64,000 nucleotides of DNA. Origin: Thermodesulfovibrio sp. (GTDB lineage Bacteria > Nitrospirota > Thermodesulfovibrionia > UBA6902). The position numbers and the translations under genes were made by a program. Where the stretch lies: NCBI GenBank assembly GCA_026982355.1, contig JALSHG010000046.1:5314-69313 (forward strand), given 5' to 3'. Under the pieces are notes generated by a model. That model was not told the DNA's origin and searched no databases. It saw only the letters and a list, made by a program, of their open reading frames with translations. Positions 37,330 through 46,792 of this stretch are shown one piece after another. Numbering within the stretch: position 1 is the stretch's first letter; the number at the start of each line of letters is the position of its first letter.

Positions 37330-40214
37330 TGATTTCCCCCTCCGGCAGACCGGAAAAGCCTTTCCGGATTTAATATCAGGACCACACTTCCATCACCGAG
37401 AATACTGACCCCGCCGATAATATCTATCATAGAGAGACTATCAGGGACGGGCTTTACGGCAAGCTCCATTTTTTTGTGTAACCTGTCTACAACCAGTGCA
37501 AACTTGGCTGTGCCTGTCTTTAATATGACAACCGGAATTTCCACATCATTTTTCAGTTTATCCCTGCCATTGCCCGTCCCGCTAAGCATGTCACCCAGCC
37601 TTACAGCATGTAATACCTCGTTGCGGCAGTGAAACAATATGTTGTTTCTGTGCTTCCTCAGTTTATTTGTTGTTATCTTTACTGTTTCAACTACGTAATC
37701 CAGGGGTAATGCATACAGCTTACCGTCAGCCTCCACAAGGAGGGCATCGTTTATTCCCATGGTCGTAGGAATGCTGAGGGTTATCTCTGACCCGTTGCCT
37801 TCCTCAGAAACCACTCCAACATCTCCACCAAGAGAAAGCACGGCCGTTTTTACCACGTCCATGCCCACCCCTCTCCCTGAAACATCGGTGACCTCCTTTT
37901 TCGTAGAAATACCGGGCATAAATATATAGTCAAGCAAATTATCATCATCAGGGGAGTCGGCATCAAAACCCATGCTCTTGGCTTTCTCAAAAAGCTTCTC
38001 TCTGTTTACTCCCCTTCCGTCATCAGTAACTCGGATGACAAGATTGCTGCCTTCCTGGGACGCATAAAGAATCACATTGCCTCTTTCAGGCTTTCCTGCC
38101 GCTCTCCTTTCGTCTGGGCCCTCTATTCCATGGTCACATGCATTCCGCACAAGATGGATTAGAGGGTCGGAGAGTTTGTCAGCCACCTGCTTATCTACTT
38201 CGGTATCATCTCCTTCGGTAATAAAATCTATCATCTTGTTCTGTTTTCTTGATATATCCCTTACAACTCTGCTGAATTTCTGGAATATACTTTTAACCGG
38301 AACCATCCTGAGAGACATTACACCATGGTGCATATCATTTGTAACCCTTGCAAGGAGATACATGTTGTCCTTGAGTGACTTGATCATTGATGGCGTAACT
38401 TTGCCTTTTGAAGCAATCTGCGATATAAGATGTTCAAACGTATTTTTTGAGACAAGGAGTTCTCCGGTCATGTCCGAAAGACGTTCTATCTTGCTTTCTT
38501 CAACCCGCATGGTCCTTGTCTCCGGTGTTGCTGATGATCTGGCACGGCCGGCACGATCCATAATTTCATGCTTCCTGACCGCTTCCCCCATGTCTTTTTC
38601 GCCGACATTGTTTTCATCGGTGAGTATCCGGCCTATCTTCTCCTGTCTGGAAAGGGCATCCCTTACATCCTTTTCTGAGACCTTGCCGTCCCTGACCAGT
38701 ATCTCTCCAAGTCTGAGACGCCCCTTCCCGACACCTTCAATGAATATGCTAATGTCCTCCACCGCCTTTAAAACTAACGTGTCATCTGTGCCGCCGATCG
38801 TGCCTAAGGCCTTTTGTATAAGAATGTTCAGTTCTCCGATTTTCATGAAACTTGCAGCTTTGTCCAGACCCTCGAGAGCCCTCCTTACTATCTTTGCCCT
38901 GCAGGAATCCAGCGGCAGAGGCTTAATGTTGTCCCGGAGTATGTCTATATACTGCCTTGCCTGCATTAAAAAAACCTTTTCGGATCCATCCGGCAACAGA
39001 GACACTCGCCCGGCTACCGCTTCGTCCTTTTCTCCAAGATGCCTGCATATACGATCCTGGATACTATGGTGTGATACATGCATATTGTTTTCAATACCGC
39101 TTATCATCTCCTTAAACGCATCGGTACCGGCAAGAAGTGTATCTACGATCTCGGGCGACCTTTTGATCTCGCCTTTGCGGAGACGCTCGAGCAGTGTCTC
39201 TAAAGAATGGGCGACTTCCTTCAGCCCTTTGAGTCCTGTGCATCCCGCATCACCCTTTATGGTATGAACAGCCCTGAACACCTCATTAAGGGCATCCTGA
39301 GAGTCCGTCTTTTCATAATGCATGATAGCTCTTTCCATTGATTCCAGCATGTCGCTGCTGCCTATCAGAAATTCTTTAAGCAGATCCTTGTCGATTCCTT
39401 CCTTACCGGAACAAGTCTTTTCCCCGTCTGTCTTCTCATCAGAGATTCTCAGTTTCCTTATCTCTATCAAGGACGGATCAAAGGACAGATTTTTCAGTTC
39501 TTCCAAGCCCGCATCTGTTGCGACATAAATTGTCGGCTTAAGGCACAGATCAAGCGCCTTAAACTTACTGAGAACCGGGACGGTATGTTCATACGGCTCT
39601 ACATAATAAAACTTAGAGGATTCCCTAAGATTACGAAGCAGAACCAATGGGTCAAATCCGTTTCTAAAGACATCCGATGTATAATTAACCTTGATACGGT
39701 AAATGTTCAGTCCTTTAGACGAGTGGGCTCTGAACTGTTCTTTCAGCCTGCGCGGCACGGCTGGTGACGGCTCGGGCCTTTTTGTTTCTCCTTTATGGAC
39801 CGCACTTTCACTGCTCTTTTTGACGGCCTGGTTTCTTTCACATATGTCTTTGAAACGCCGCATCAGTGTTCTGTCAACGCAGGCTTCGCCTCCGTCGGCA
39901 AGGGTCTCGATCATAAGACTTATATGATCAAACCCTTCGAGAATCACATCTACAATATCAGGTTTCAACAGCAATCTGCCGTTCCTCAAGGCATCGAGCA
40001 GGCCCTCCAGTCCATGCGTGAATTCAGATATTTCACCAAGATCAAACGTCCCGGCACTTCCCTTTATGGTGTGCACTCCCCTGAAAATGGAATTCAGGAT
40101 TTCCTCGTTCCCGGGGTCAGCTTCAACGCGCAATAGATCGTCATTGGCCTTTTCAAGGATGTCTCTTGCTTCATCATAAAACTGTCTCTTGTATAGTTCC
40201 ACATCTGTAGTCAT
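37326..40214 (-). CDS. cheA: chemotaxis histidine kinase CheA with two Hpt domains, dimerisation, HATPase and C-terminal CheW-like domain
   Basis: Hpt signatures FRGVHTIKGSAGTFDL and FRAVHTIKGDAGCTGL; HLVRNACDHGIE, GRGVGMDVV ATPase boxes; CheW-like C-terminus. Start set at the ATG at 40214 (AAGGGGGAAAAG RBS) rather than the upstream ATG at 40238. Confidence 0.9.
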   Translation of the reverse strand: MTTDVELYKRQFYDEARDILEKANDDLLRVEADPGNEEILNSIFRGVHTIKGSAGTFDLGEISEFTHGLEGLLDALRNGRLLLKPDIVDVILEGFDHISLMIETLADGGEACVDRTLMRRFKDICERNQAVKKSSESAVHKGETKRPEPSPAVPRRLKEQFRAHSSKGLNIYRIKVNYTSDVFRNGFDPLVLLRNLRESSKFYYVEPYEHTVPVLSKFKALDLCLKPTIYVATDAGLEELKNLSFDPSLIEIRKLRISDEKTDGEKTCSGKEGIDKDLLKEFLIGSSDMLESMERAIMHYEKTDSQDALNEVFRAVHTIKGDAGCTGLKGLKEVAHSLETLLERLRKGEIKRSPEIVDTLLAGTDAFKEMISGIENNMHVSHHSIQDRICRHLGEKDEAVAGRVSLLPDGSEKVFLMQARQYIDILRDNIKPLPLDSCRAKIVRRALEGLDKAASFMKIGELNILIQKALGTIGGTDDTLVLKAVEDISIFIEGVGKGRLRLGEILVRDGKVSEKDVRDALSRQEKIGRILTDENNVGEKDMGEAVRKHEIMDRAGRARSSATPETRTMRVEESKIERLSDMTGELLVSKNTFEHLISQIASKGKVTPSMIKSLKDNMYLLARVTNDMHHGVMSLRMVPVKSIFQKFSRVVRDISRKQNKMIDFITEGDDTEVDKQVADKLSDPLIHLVRNACDHGIEGPDERRAAGKPERGNVILYASQEGSNLVIRVTDDGRGVNREKLFEKAKSMGFDADSPDDDNLLDYIFMPGISTKKEVTDVSGRGVGMDVVKTAVLSLGGDVGVVSEEGNGSEITLSIPTTMGINDALLVEADGKLYALPLDYVVETVKITTNKLRKHRNNILFHCRNEVLHAVRLGDMLSGTGNGRDKLKNDVEIPVVILKTGTAKFALVVDRLHKKMELAVKPVPDSLSMIDIIGGVSILGDGSVVLILNPERLFRSAGGGNQ

Positions 40215-40232
40215 GGCTTTTCCCCCTTGCAA

Positions 40233-40440
40233 GGGCATAAAACACCGGCGGCTCCGGGCGGGAGAGCCTGCCTGAAAAGTTTTACATGCAATTCCTCAAC
40301 TGAATATTCCCCACGGCATATTGCCGTCTTGATCAATTTTATTTTCCGTTACGTTCTGCAACAAAGGCATGTTACCAACATCCCATCGCTTTATAAAGAT
40401 TTTACGCCGGACTCCGCTGCCGGCTTATGCAACATTGAGG
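40233..40440 (-). repeat. MITE-like element, long form, inverted orientation (copy j), between cheY and cheA
   Basis: The reverse complement reads cGTTGCcTcAATGTTGCATAAGCCGGCAGcgGAGTCCGgCGTAAAAtCTTTATAAAGCGATGGGATgTTGG...tcaggcaggctctcccGCCcGgAGccGccGGTGTTTTATGCcCtTG. Co-linear with copy f, including the internal module. Confidence 0.85.
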
Positions 40441-40447
40441 CAACGTT

Positions 40448-40813
40448 TCACCCGATTATTTTCCTGACAACACCCAGCAGTGCATCCGGCTTGAAGGGTT
40501 TGACCATCCACGCCTTAACCCCGGCATCTTTTCCCTCCTGTTTTTTCCCGTCCTCACTCTCTGTAGTCAACATGACTATGGGGACGAATTTGAATGCAGG
40601 CAATGACTTTAGTGCCTTCACAAATTCAATGCCGTTCATATTCGGCATATTGAGGTCTGTTATTACCATAGACACCTTTTTCCCCTGCAATCTGTTCAGC
40701 GCCTCCTTCCCGTCCGATGCCTCTATTACTTCGTAGCCGCTGTTCCTGAGCGTCATAGCAACCAGTCCCCTCATGGACACTGCATCATCAACTATTAATA
40801 AAGTCTTTGCCAT
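40448..40813 (-). CDS. cheY: chemotaxis response regulator CheY
   Basis: 121 aa; LLIVDDAVSMR...VITDLNMPNMNG...KPF; single receiver domain. Confidence 0.9.
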   Translation of the reverse strand: MAKTLLIVDDAVSMRGLVAMTLRNSGYEVIEASDGKEALNRLQGKKVSMVITDLNMPNMNGIEFVKALKSLPAFKFVPIVMLTTESEDGKKQEGKDAGVKAWMVKPFKPDALLGVVRKIIG

Positions 40814-40909
40814 TTAAACCTCCACATAATGTACACACAATCTCGTTCCATATGTCGTTTAAAGCATGCCTTACAACTCAGGCATGTGGGTAGCCGTGTT
40901 CGATTGAGG

Positions 40910-41191
40910 TCAGGGCATATCGATTCCATATAAATTGAAAATTTCTCTTACTGTCTCAGGCATTTCCGATATTGAAAATTTCCCGCCAGATTCCTTTGAT
41001 GATATCATCAGTGAAAGAAGCAGTTGAAAATAGGCTGTATCCATCTCCTCAACGTCTCTTGCATTAACCTCTATATTTTTTACAGCCTTAAGCAAGGGCT
41101 GAAGTTTTTCAGTGTCAGCTTCTACTTCGGCTATAGTGCATTCCCTCTCCAGCGTAACAGTAACCCTGTTTTTATTTTTTTTCAGTTTCAT
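40910..41191 (-). CDS. STAS domain protein (anti-sigma-factor antagonist-like) in the che operon
   Basis: 93 aa; ...VNARDVEEMDTAYFQLLLSLMISSKESGGKFSISEMPETVREIFNLYGI matches STAS topology; overlaps the upstream receiver gene by 4 nt. Confidence 0.6.
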   Translation of the reverse strand: MKLKKNKNRVTVTLERECTIAEVEADTEKLQPLLKAVKNIEVNARDVEEMDTAYFQLLLSLMISSKESGGKFSISEMPETVREIFNLYGIDMP

Positions 41192-41553
41192 TGCCCTTCT
41201 CCCAGAAGCATTTTTATATGAAGGGCCAGATCAGCGGGCTTTACCGGCTTTACAACGTAAATGTTTGCCCCTGCTTCAAAGCCCTTTCTCCTGTGCACGG
41301 TCTCTTCCTGTGTTGAAATAATGATGATGGGAGTTTCTCTTTCCTCTTCCCGATACTTTGAAATAAAGGTCAGGCCATCCATATTGGGCATGTTAATATC
41401 ACACAGTATAAGGTCATAGTCGTTCGAAAGGGCCTTCTCAAGAGCCTCTATCCCGTCTCCTGCACCGTCTGCCATGAATCCGGACGTTTTTAATATATTC
41501 ATGTGAAAACTCCTGACCACCTTTGAATCATCCACTACAAGCACCTTTTTCAT
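41188..41553 (-). CDS. CheY-like single-domain response regulator
   Basis: 121 aa; VLVVDDSKVVR...LILCDINMPNMDG...KPVKP receiver motifs. Confidence 0.88.
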   Translation of the reverse strand: MKKVLVVDDSKVVRSFHMNILKTSGFMADGAGDGIEALEKALSNDYDLILCDINMPNMDGLTFISKYREEERETPIIIISTQEETVHRRKGFEAGANIYVVKPVKPADLALHIKMLLGEGQ

Positions 41554-41559
41554 TATTCC

Positions 41560-42432
41560 CTACTCCTTCATGTAAACCAAGTAATCCCCGGCCTTTCTGA
41601 CCTTGAAGGCTGTATTGATCCGCCCTACGGACTCACTTGAACCAAGGAAGATATATCCTCCTTTATTAAGGGCTATATAGAAATGGTCTACAACCTGTTT
41701 TCTCGATACATCGTCAAAGTATATAAGCACATTACGGCAGAATATGAAGTCATAGCCTCTCATCTTCCTCATCGCGGCCCTATCCGCAAGGTTGAGATGT
41801 TCAAGTCTTACAAGCTTTTTCACCTCATCACGCAGCCTGTGTGCCCCGTTCAGTCCGCTGTCAAAATATCGTTTGCGGTATTCACCGGGAACGTTCTTCA
41901 CACTCCTGTCGCCGTAGACTGCAAAACGGGCCTTGCTGAGTATATCCATGTCTATATCTGTTGCCGTTATTTCTATATCCCACTCACTGATATCGTCGAG
42001 CATTTCAAGGAGAATAATGGCGAGTGTGTACGGCTCTTCACCGCTGGAACATGCCGCAGACCATATTCTCAGACTCCTGTCACCTGCATAAGCCTTTCTC
42101 TCCGTAACATCCACAAGGGCATGTTCCGCAAAGCTCTGCAACTGGGGGAAGTCCCTGAAAAAGTATGTTTCGTTTATTGTCAGCAGATTCAACAGGTTCT
42201 GCATTTCCATCCCGTCACTGTCAAGAAACCTGAGAAATCTGATATATTCAGAAGGACTTTCCATGCCGAGTTTGTCAAGCCTCTGTTTCACCCTTTTGGA
42301 GAGGAAGTAAATCTTCCTGGACTCAAGCCATATTCCTGCTTTCCTGTATATAAAATCACTCAGCCTCTTATAATCCTCGGCGGTCAATTCCATATTGGCC
42401 GCTCTGTATGCTGTTCTTGCCATTTTATTCAC
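41560..42432 (-). CDS. cheR: chemotaxis protein methyltransferase CheR
   Basis: 290 aa; ETYFFRDFPQLQSF, SAACSSGEEPYTLAI, FCRNVLIYFD motifs. Confidence 0.93.
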   Translation of the reverse strand: MNKMARTAYRAANMELTAEDYKRLSDFIYRKAGIWLESRKIYFLSKRVKQRLDKLGMESPSEYIRFLRFLDSDGMEMQNLLNLLTINETYFFRDFPQLQSFAEHALVDVTERKAYAGDRSLRIWSAACSSGEEPYTLAIILLEMLDDISEWDIEITATDIDMDILSKARFAVYGDRSVKNVPGEYRKRYFDSGLNGAHRLRDEVKKLVRLEHLNLADRAAMRKMRGYDFIFCRNVLIYFDDVSRKQVVDHFYIALNKGGYIFLGSSESVGRINTAFKVRKAGDYLVYMKE

Positions 42433-43492
42433 CTATAACATCTGTACAAAATTCCCTCAGGTCTTCATCGTCCGTATTTTCCATGAAGGACTTTATTCTC
42501 TCCTTGGCCCTGTTCGTGCCGCTTTTTGCGAGCAATTTTATTCCTGAATGGCTAATGCCGTCATAAAGAAGGTTTAGTCCCAGTTTATAAAGCACATTCC
42601 GGGAAACATCGGAAAAGCTCTCATTCAACAGATACTCCACAGCCTGAATACGAATCTCTTCACATATCCATCTGTCGCCTGCAATCTTTATCAGTTTGTC
42701 GATTGCTTCGTCGCACGCCGCACCATCTTTGAAGCGTTTTATTGTTTCTCCGATCAGTTCGATTATATTTTCACTATATGCGCTTATGTCATCTATGTTC
42801 CCCATCAATGTCTTTATATCTTCCAGATTCCCGCTCTTTGCAATGAACGCCGTTACTTCGGGAAGATACAGAGGATCTGTGTTTTTTATTTCTCCTCCCG
42901 GGATGACTATATCCATCGCCCGTCTGATGTGATCATTGCCACCCATTTGTGATATGACCTTCAGTATAGTGATACGCAGCATGGGCTCTGTGTCGTTTGC
43001 CAAGAGGTCGAGAATATCGTTCAGGCTGTCCCTGTCATTAAGCCTGCCCAGATATTCCACTGCCGTTATCCTGACATTCGGGGCATCATCATGCAGAAGC
43101 GCCCTTATGGCCAACCTGGCATCAGGCGTGCCTATTTCGACTATGGCGTCAAGCATGAGTTTCCTGACTTCCTTATCTGTATGATCAAGTTTTTCCCCGA
43201 GATAGTAAAGGGCATTTTCCCCACCTGCACCGAAGATGCTCAAAGCCGCATTTCTCATGAATGCTTCCGGTGAACTGAACATATCAAAGAGCATTCCGTA
43301 TGCCTCCGAACAGTCCATTCTCTTAAGGGCAAAGACTATAGAGTCTTTTACTGCCCGGGAATCTTCTCTTGCCAGTCTCTCCACAAGGTGGACGGCACCT
43401 TCCGGATCGCCAGACTCGAGGATATCTTCCACTGCATAGAGCCTTTCGGCTTCATCATTGCTGTTTAATGCCGTTATAATAAGTTCGTCCAT
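42425..43492 (-). CDS. HEAT-repeat (PBS-lyase type) protein associated with the che cluster
   Basis: 355 aa of repeating ...VRxxAxxALGxIGxxxA... HEAT units (e.g. DAPNVRITAVEYLGRLND, KEVRKLMLDAIVEIGTPDA). Confidence 0.7.
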   Translation of the reverse strand: MDELIITALNSNDEAERLYAVEDILESGDPEGAVHLVERLAREDSRAVKDSIVFALKRMDCSEAYGMLFDMFSSPEAFMRNAALSIFGAGGENALYYLGEKLDHTDKEVRKLMLDAIVEIGTPDARLAIRALLHDDAPNVRITAVEYLGRLNDRDSLNDILDLLANDTEPMLRITILKVISQMGGNDHIRRAMDIVIPGGEIKNTDPLYLPEVTAFIAKSGNLEDIKTLMGNIDDISAYSENIIELIGETIKRFKDGAACDEAIDKLIKIAGDRWICEEIRIQAVEYLLNESFSDVSRNVLYKLGLNLLYDGISHSGIKLLAKSGTNRAKERIKSFMENTDDEDLREFCTDVIGE

Positions 43493-43503
43493 TTTTCTCC
43501 CCC

Positions 43504-44592
43504 TTAAGTTCCCGAGACCGCTTTGACGATCTCATCGGCAATCAGCCAGCTTGGCGCCACTACCCGGGCACCTCCGCGTTCAATGGCCTCACGGGGCATG
43601 CCGTACACTATGGCACTTTCTTCACTTTCAGCTATGGTTATTCCACCGTTCGCTGTTATCTTCACCATACCGGCGGCCCCGTCATCACCCATGCCGGTCA
43701 TCAACACCCCGACCGTGCCGGAACCAAAGACATCAAGAACAGATTCCATCATAATATCCACAGAAGGGAGAAAGGTATGAACAGGTTTTGTAGGGGTCCG
43801 CAGGATGATTTTTCCTGTCAGTTTCTTATAGACAGTCATATGACAGCCTGCTTTGCCGATATAAATGCTGCCGGGTTCGACCACCATGCCAGCCTCTGCC
43901 TCCACACATCTTAAAGGACAGCTTGAATCAATACGTTTTGCAAATGTACTCGTAAAACCGGTGGGCATATGTTGTACAACAAATATTGCTGCATTCAGGT
44001 CAGCAGGAATGAAAGGAAGCACCTCAAATATGGTCTTGGGTCCCCCCGTGGATATGCCTATCGCTACTGCCTTGAAATCCCGAGTGTCTGATGATACTGC
44101 TTCTCTCTCTCGTCTGTTTATCTGCTTGCTCTGATGCAGAGAAGCCTTCCTGATGATATCCGGTTTTTTCCGTCGGAGTTTTTTTATGGTATCTTTCCCG
44201 GAGGCAGCCTTTATCTTTGAGATAAGCTCGTCTTCAACAGTCCTCATGTCTTTTGTTACAGTACCTTCCGGTTTCCCCACATAATCAAAAGCTCCGAGCG
44301 CCATTGCCTCAAAGGTAGCGGTCGCTCCCTCCTGTGTAAGCGAAGAAACCATTATAACAGGAGCAATGGCCTCCTCCACTATTATCTGGAGCGCAGTGAT
44401 ACCATCAATCCCCGGCATGTTTATATCCATTGTTATTACATCGGGGCGAAGCTCTCTGGCCTTTGTTATGGCATCTTCCCCGTCTCTTGCCATGCCGGCC
44501 ACATAAAGCCCCGGAGCCGACTCGATAATTTTTCTCAGCACCTTACGCATAAGGGCTGAATCATCACATATAAGCACTCCGATCTTTCCCAT
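43504..44592 (-). CDS. cheB: chemotaxis response regulator protein-glutamate methylesterase CheB
   Basis: 362 aa; N-terminal receiver (VLICDDSALMR...VITMDINMPGIDG), C-terminal methylesterase (IAIGISTGGP, catalytic-triad context). Confidence 0.93.
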   Translation of the reverse strand: MGKIGVLICDDSALMRKVLRKIIESAPGLYVAGMARDGEDAITKARELRPDVITMDINMPGIDGITALQIIVEEAIAPVIMVSSLTQEGATATFEAMALGAFDYVGKPEGTVTKDMRTVEDELISKIKAASGKDTIKKLRRKKPDIIRKASLHQSKQINRREREAVSSDTRDFKAVAIGISTGGPKTIFEVLPFIPADLNAAIFVVQHMPTGFTSTFAKRIDSSCPLRCVEAEAGMVVEPGSIYIGKAGCHMTVYKKLTGKIILRTPTKPVHTFLPSVDIMMESVLDVFGSGTVGVLMTGMGDDGAAGMVKITANGGITIAESEESAIVYGMPREAIERGGARVVAPSWLIADEIVKAVSGT

Positions 44593-44624
44593 AGCTCATC
44601 TCTTCCCATCTCTCGAAGTTTAAC

Positions 44625-44702
44625 TTTGCAGTTGCATAAAATACCGGCGGCTGAGCAGGGGAGTAAGGTTTTCCGGCAGACTCCTCTGCCCGTTTATGCA
44701 AT
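44625..44702 (+). repeat. MITE/REP-like element, short form (copy k), between the cheW3 gene and cheB
   Basis: cagTTGCATAAAataCCGGCGGctGAGCAGGGGAGTaaggttttccggCAGACTCCTCTGCCCGTTTATGCAAt. Confidence 0.75.
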
Positions 44703-44715
44703 ATTTAGACAACGG

Positions 44716-46749
44716 CTAACATCTTTTCAGCTTTTTATTTCGCGAGTTGTTTGTTTTTTCTGTTCCGGTTTTTGTCTTTTCACCTTCTGGCGCTACAACT
44801 TTTGTCTTTTTCTGCGCTGTATTTTGCGTTTCTTCTGCTGTAATCATCCCTTTTACGTCAGATTCTGTTTGTTTTCCCAGCTTGGCAAGCAGCTTCACTT
44901 CATTTTCATTGAATATCATGCCGAGATCAAGGAGCAAAACTATTCTCCTGCCCTCATCAAGTTTGCAAAGACCATTTATAAATCTGCTTTCTGCATTGGA
45001 TGAAATTATCGAAGGTGTATTCTCTATGTCACTCTTCAATACCGTGAGCACCTCATTTACCTGATCGACTCTCAGTCCCGTCTTCTTGCCTGCAATATCT
45101 GCTATGATGACCCGCGTCCTGTCGTCCACATCATTTTCTTCAAGACCAAAGAGTTTACGGATATTTACTACAGGTATCACATTACCCCGCAGGTTCGTGA
45201 CCCCATCGATAAAAAACGGAGCTCTCGGTACACTCATGACCCCTTCCGGACGATTAATCTCCCGAACATCCACGATGCGAAGGCCGTACTCTTCATCACC
45301 AACAGAGAACGTTACAAGCTGCTCTTCATCCATGCTATCTTCAGCAGACGGTTTTTCCCCTGACCCGGAATTTTCATCAGCGCAGGCGTCACCTGCGGCT
45401 GCCTGTCTGATTATCTCTTCACTTTTCGGAGAGATCAGCGAGGTCTCGTCAATGATCATAATAAGCCTATCCCCTCCATCAAGCTTTGCCACGCCTTTAA
45501 GCTCTTTTTTCTGCGTGGAGACTATTTCAGGGGCTTCATCTATTACTGATTTTAAGATACGGGATACTTCGTTAACGCTATCGACCAGATAACCAACCAT
45601 AAATGTTCCGCTCATTACCACAAGCACCCTCTGGTCTTCGGTTATGTTTTCTTCGATGGATTTTTTCAAGTTGGCAAATCCTTCGAGAACCATTTCCATC
45701 AGAACGCGTGTCTCTTTTTCAAAACATTCAAGTGCTTCTTCGCCGCAGGTCTTGCGCAGATTTATTGTCTTTTCGGCACTGGCGTGAACAAGCGCGTGCG
45801 GTCTCTTCAATCTCTTTATGGCGGTCTGTATTTCCTCGCTTGCAGTATTGTAGTGCTCGAGCCACTTCCCGTAAGAGCATTTTCTCGGATTCATTGTGCC
45901 CTCAAAAGGTGTCCCTGCATCCAGGGAGTGCTTGAGGGTCTCCAGCCATCTCCGGTGTTCATGCTCCATTGCGTCAATAGCTGCTATGCGCTCTTCACTC
46001 AAGTCGGGCAAACCCAGGAGCCTCCTGAGATCGATAACTGGTATTAATTGATCACGAATGGTAAACAACCCCCTTACGTAATCCGGAACATTGGGAACAG
46101 GGGTGATATTCTTGACCTTGAGTATCTCTCTGACTTTTTCAATGTCGAAGGCATATTCCTCTCCTGATACGTGAAACGAGACCAACTGTTCCTCATCCAC
46201 AGATTCCTTATGGGCATCATTTTCCCTCCCATCACAACCCTTACCATCAAGCATATTTTCATTCTTGGATATGTCGACCTTGATAACTTCAGCAAGATTA
46301 AGAGTCAATATCAGCCGCCTGCCCCCGTCCATTTTCACGACACTATCCAGAAATTCCCTGTCAATTCCTTTGCACACTGCTGGGGGATGTTCCACAAGGG
46401 CGTCGCTCATCCGTGTTACTTCTCTCATTTTATCAACCACAAGCCCTGCATTTATACCGTCGTTTTCCACAATCAGCAGGCGGGTATCTTCGGTTTTTTC
46501 GTGCCTTTCCATTGCAAACCGTATTCGCGTATCAATCACGGGCAAGATACCACCGCGCAGGTTGCACACCCCTGATACATAGTCAGGACTTCTTGGTATC
46601 GGGGTCACTTCCGGCAGACGCACGATTTCCCGGACATTGTGAATATTCACGCCGAATTCCACATCATTAAGCTTAAACACAACCAATTGTCCTTCTTTCG
46701 AAGCCATTGTTATTCCCATATCAGATTCACACGTTGTATTTTCGGGCAT
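44716..46749 (-). CDS. triple CheW-domain scaffold protein with a CZB (chemoreceptor zinc-binding) domain embedded in the second CheW domain
   Basis: Three CheW-like blocks (LVVFKLNDVEFGVNIHNVREIV..., LVSFHVSGEEYAFDIEKVREIL..., LVTFSVGDEEYGLRIVDVREIN...). Inserted H-x3-W...C-S-Y-G-K-W...H-x3-H segment (HEHRRWLETL...KCSYGKWLEHY...HALVH) = CZB motif. Confidence 0.75.
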   Translation of the reverse strand: MPENTTCESDMGITMASKEGQLVVFKLNDVEFGVNIHNVREIVRLPEVTPIPRSPDYVSGVCNLRGGILPVIDTRIRFAMERHEKTEDTRLLIVENDGINAGLVVDKMREVTRMSDALVEHPPAVCKGIDREFLDSVVKMDGGRRLILTLNLAEVIKVDISKNENMLDGKGCDGRENDAHKESVDEEQLVSFHVSGEEYAFDIEKVREILKVKNITPVPNVPDYVRGLFTIRDQLIPVIDLRRLLGLPDLSEERIAAIDAMEHEHRRWLETLKHSLDAGTPFEGTMNPRKCSYGKWLEHYNTASEEIQTAIKRLKRPHALVHASAEKTINLRKTCGEEALECFEKETRVLMEMVLEGFANLKKSIEENITEDQRVLVVMSGTFMVGYLVDSVNEVSRILKSVIDEAPEIVSTQKKELKGVAKLDGGDRLIMIIDETSLISPKSEEIIRQAAAGDACADENSGSGEKPSAEDSMDEEQLVTFSVGDEEYGLRIVDVREINRPEGVMSVPRAPFFIDGVTNLRGNVIPVVNIRKLFGLEENDVDDRTRVIIADIAGKKTGLRVDQVNEVLTVLKSDIENTPSIISSNAESRFINGLCKLDEGRRIVLLLDLGMIFNENEVKLLAKLGKQTESDVKGMITAEETQNTAQKKTKVVAPEGEKTKTGTEKTNNSRNKKLKRC

Positions 46750-46792
46750 TTCAACACCTCCATTTCATTGATAATAAACATCATCGCGACTA

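Noticed and set aside
38077-39267. 396-aa Ser/Leu-rich ORF on the plus strand inside cheA
   Set aside because: Antisense to a well-supported CheA with Hpt/HATPase/CheW motifs; low-complexity composition; no start context.
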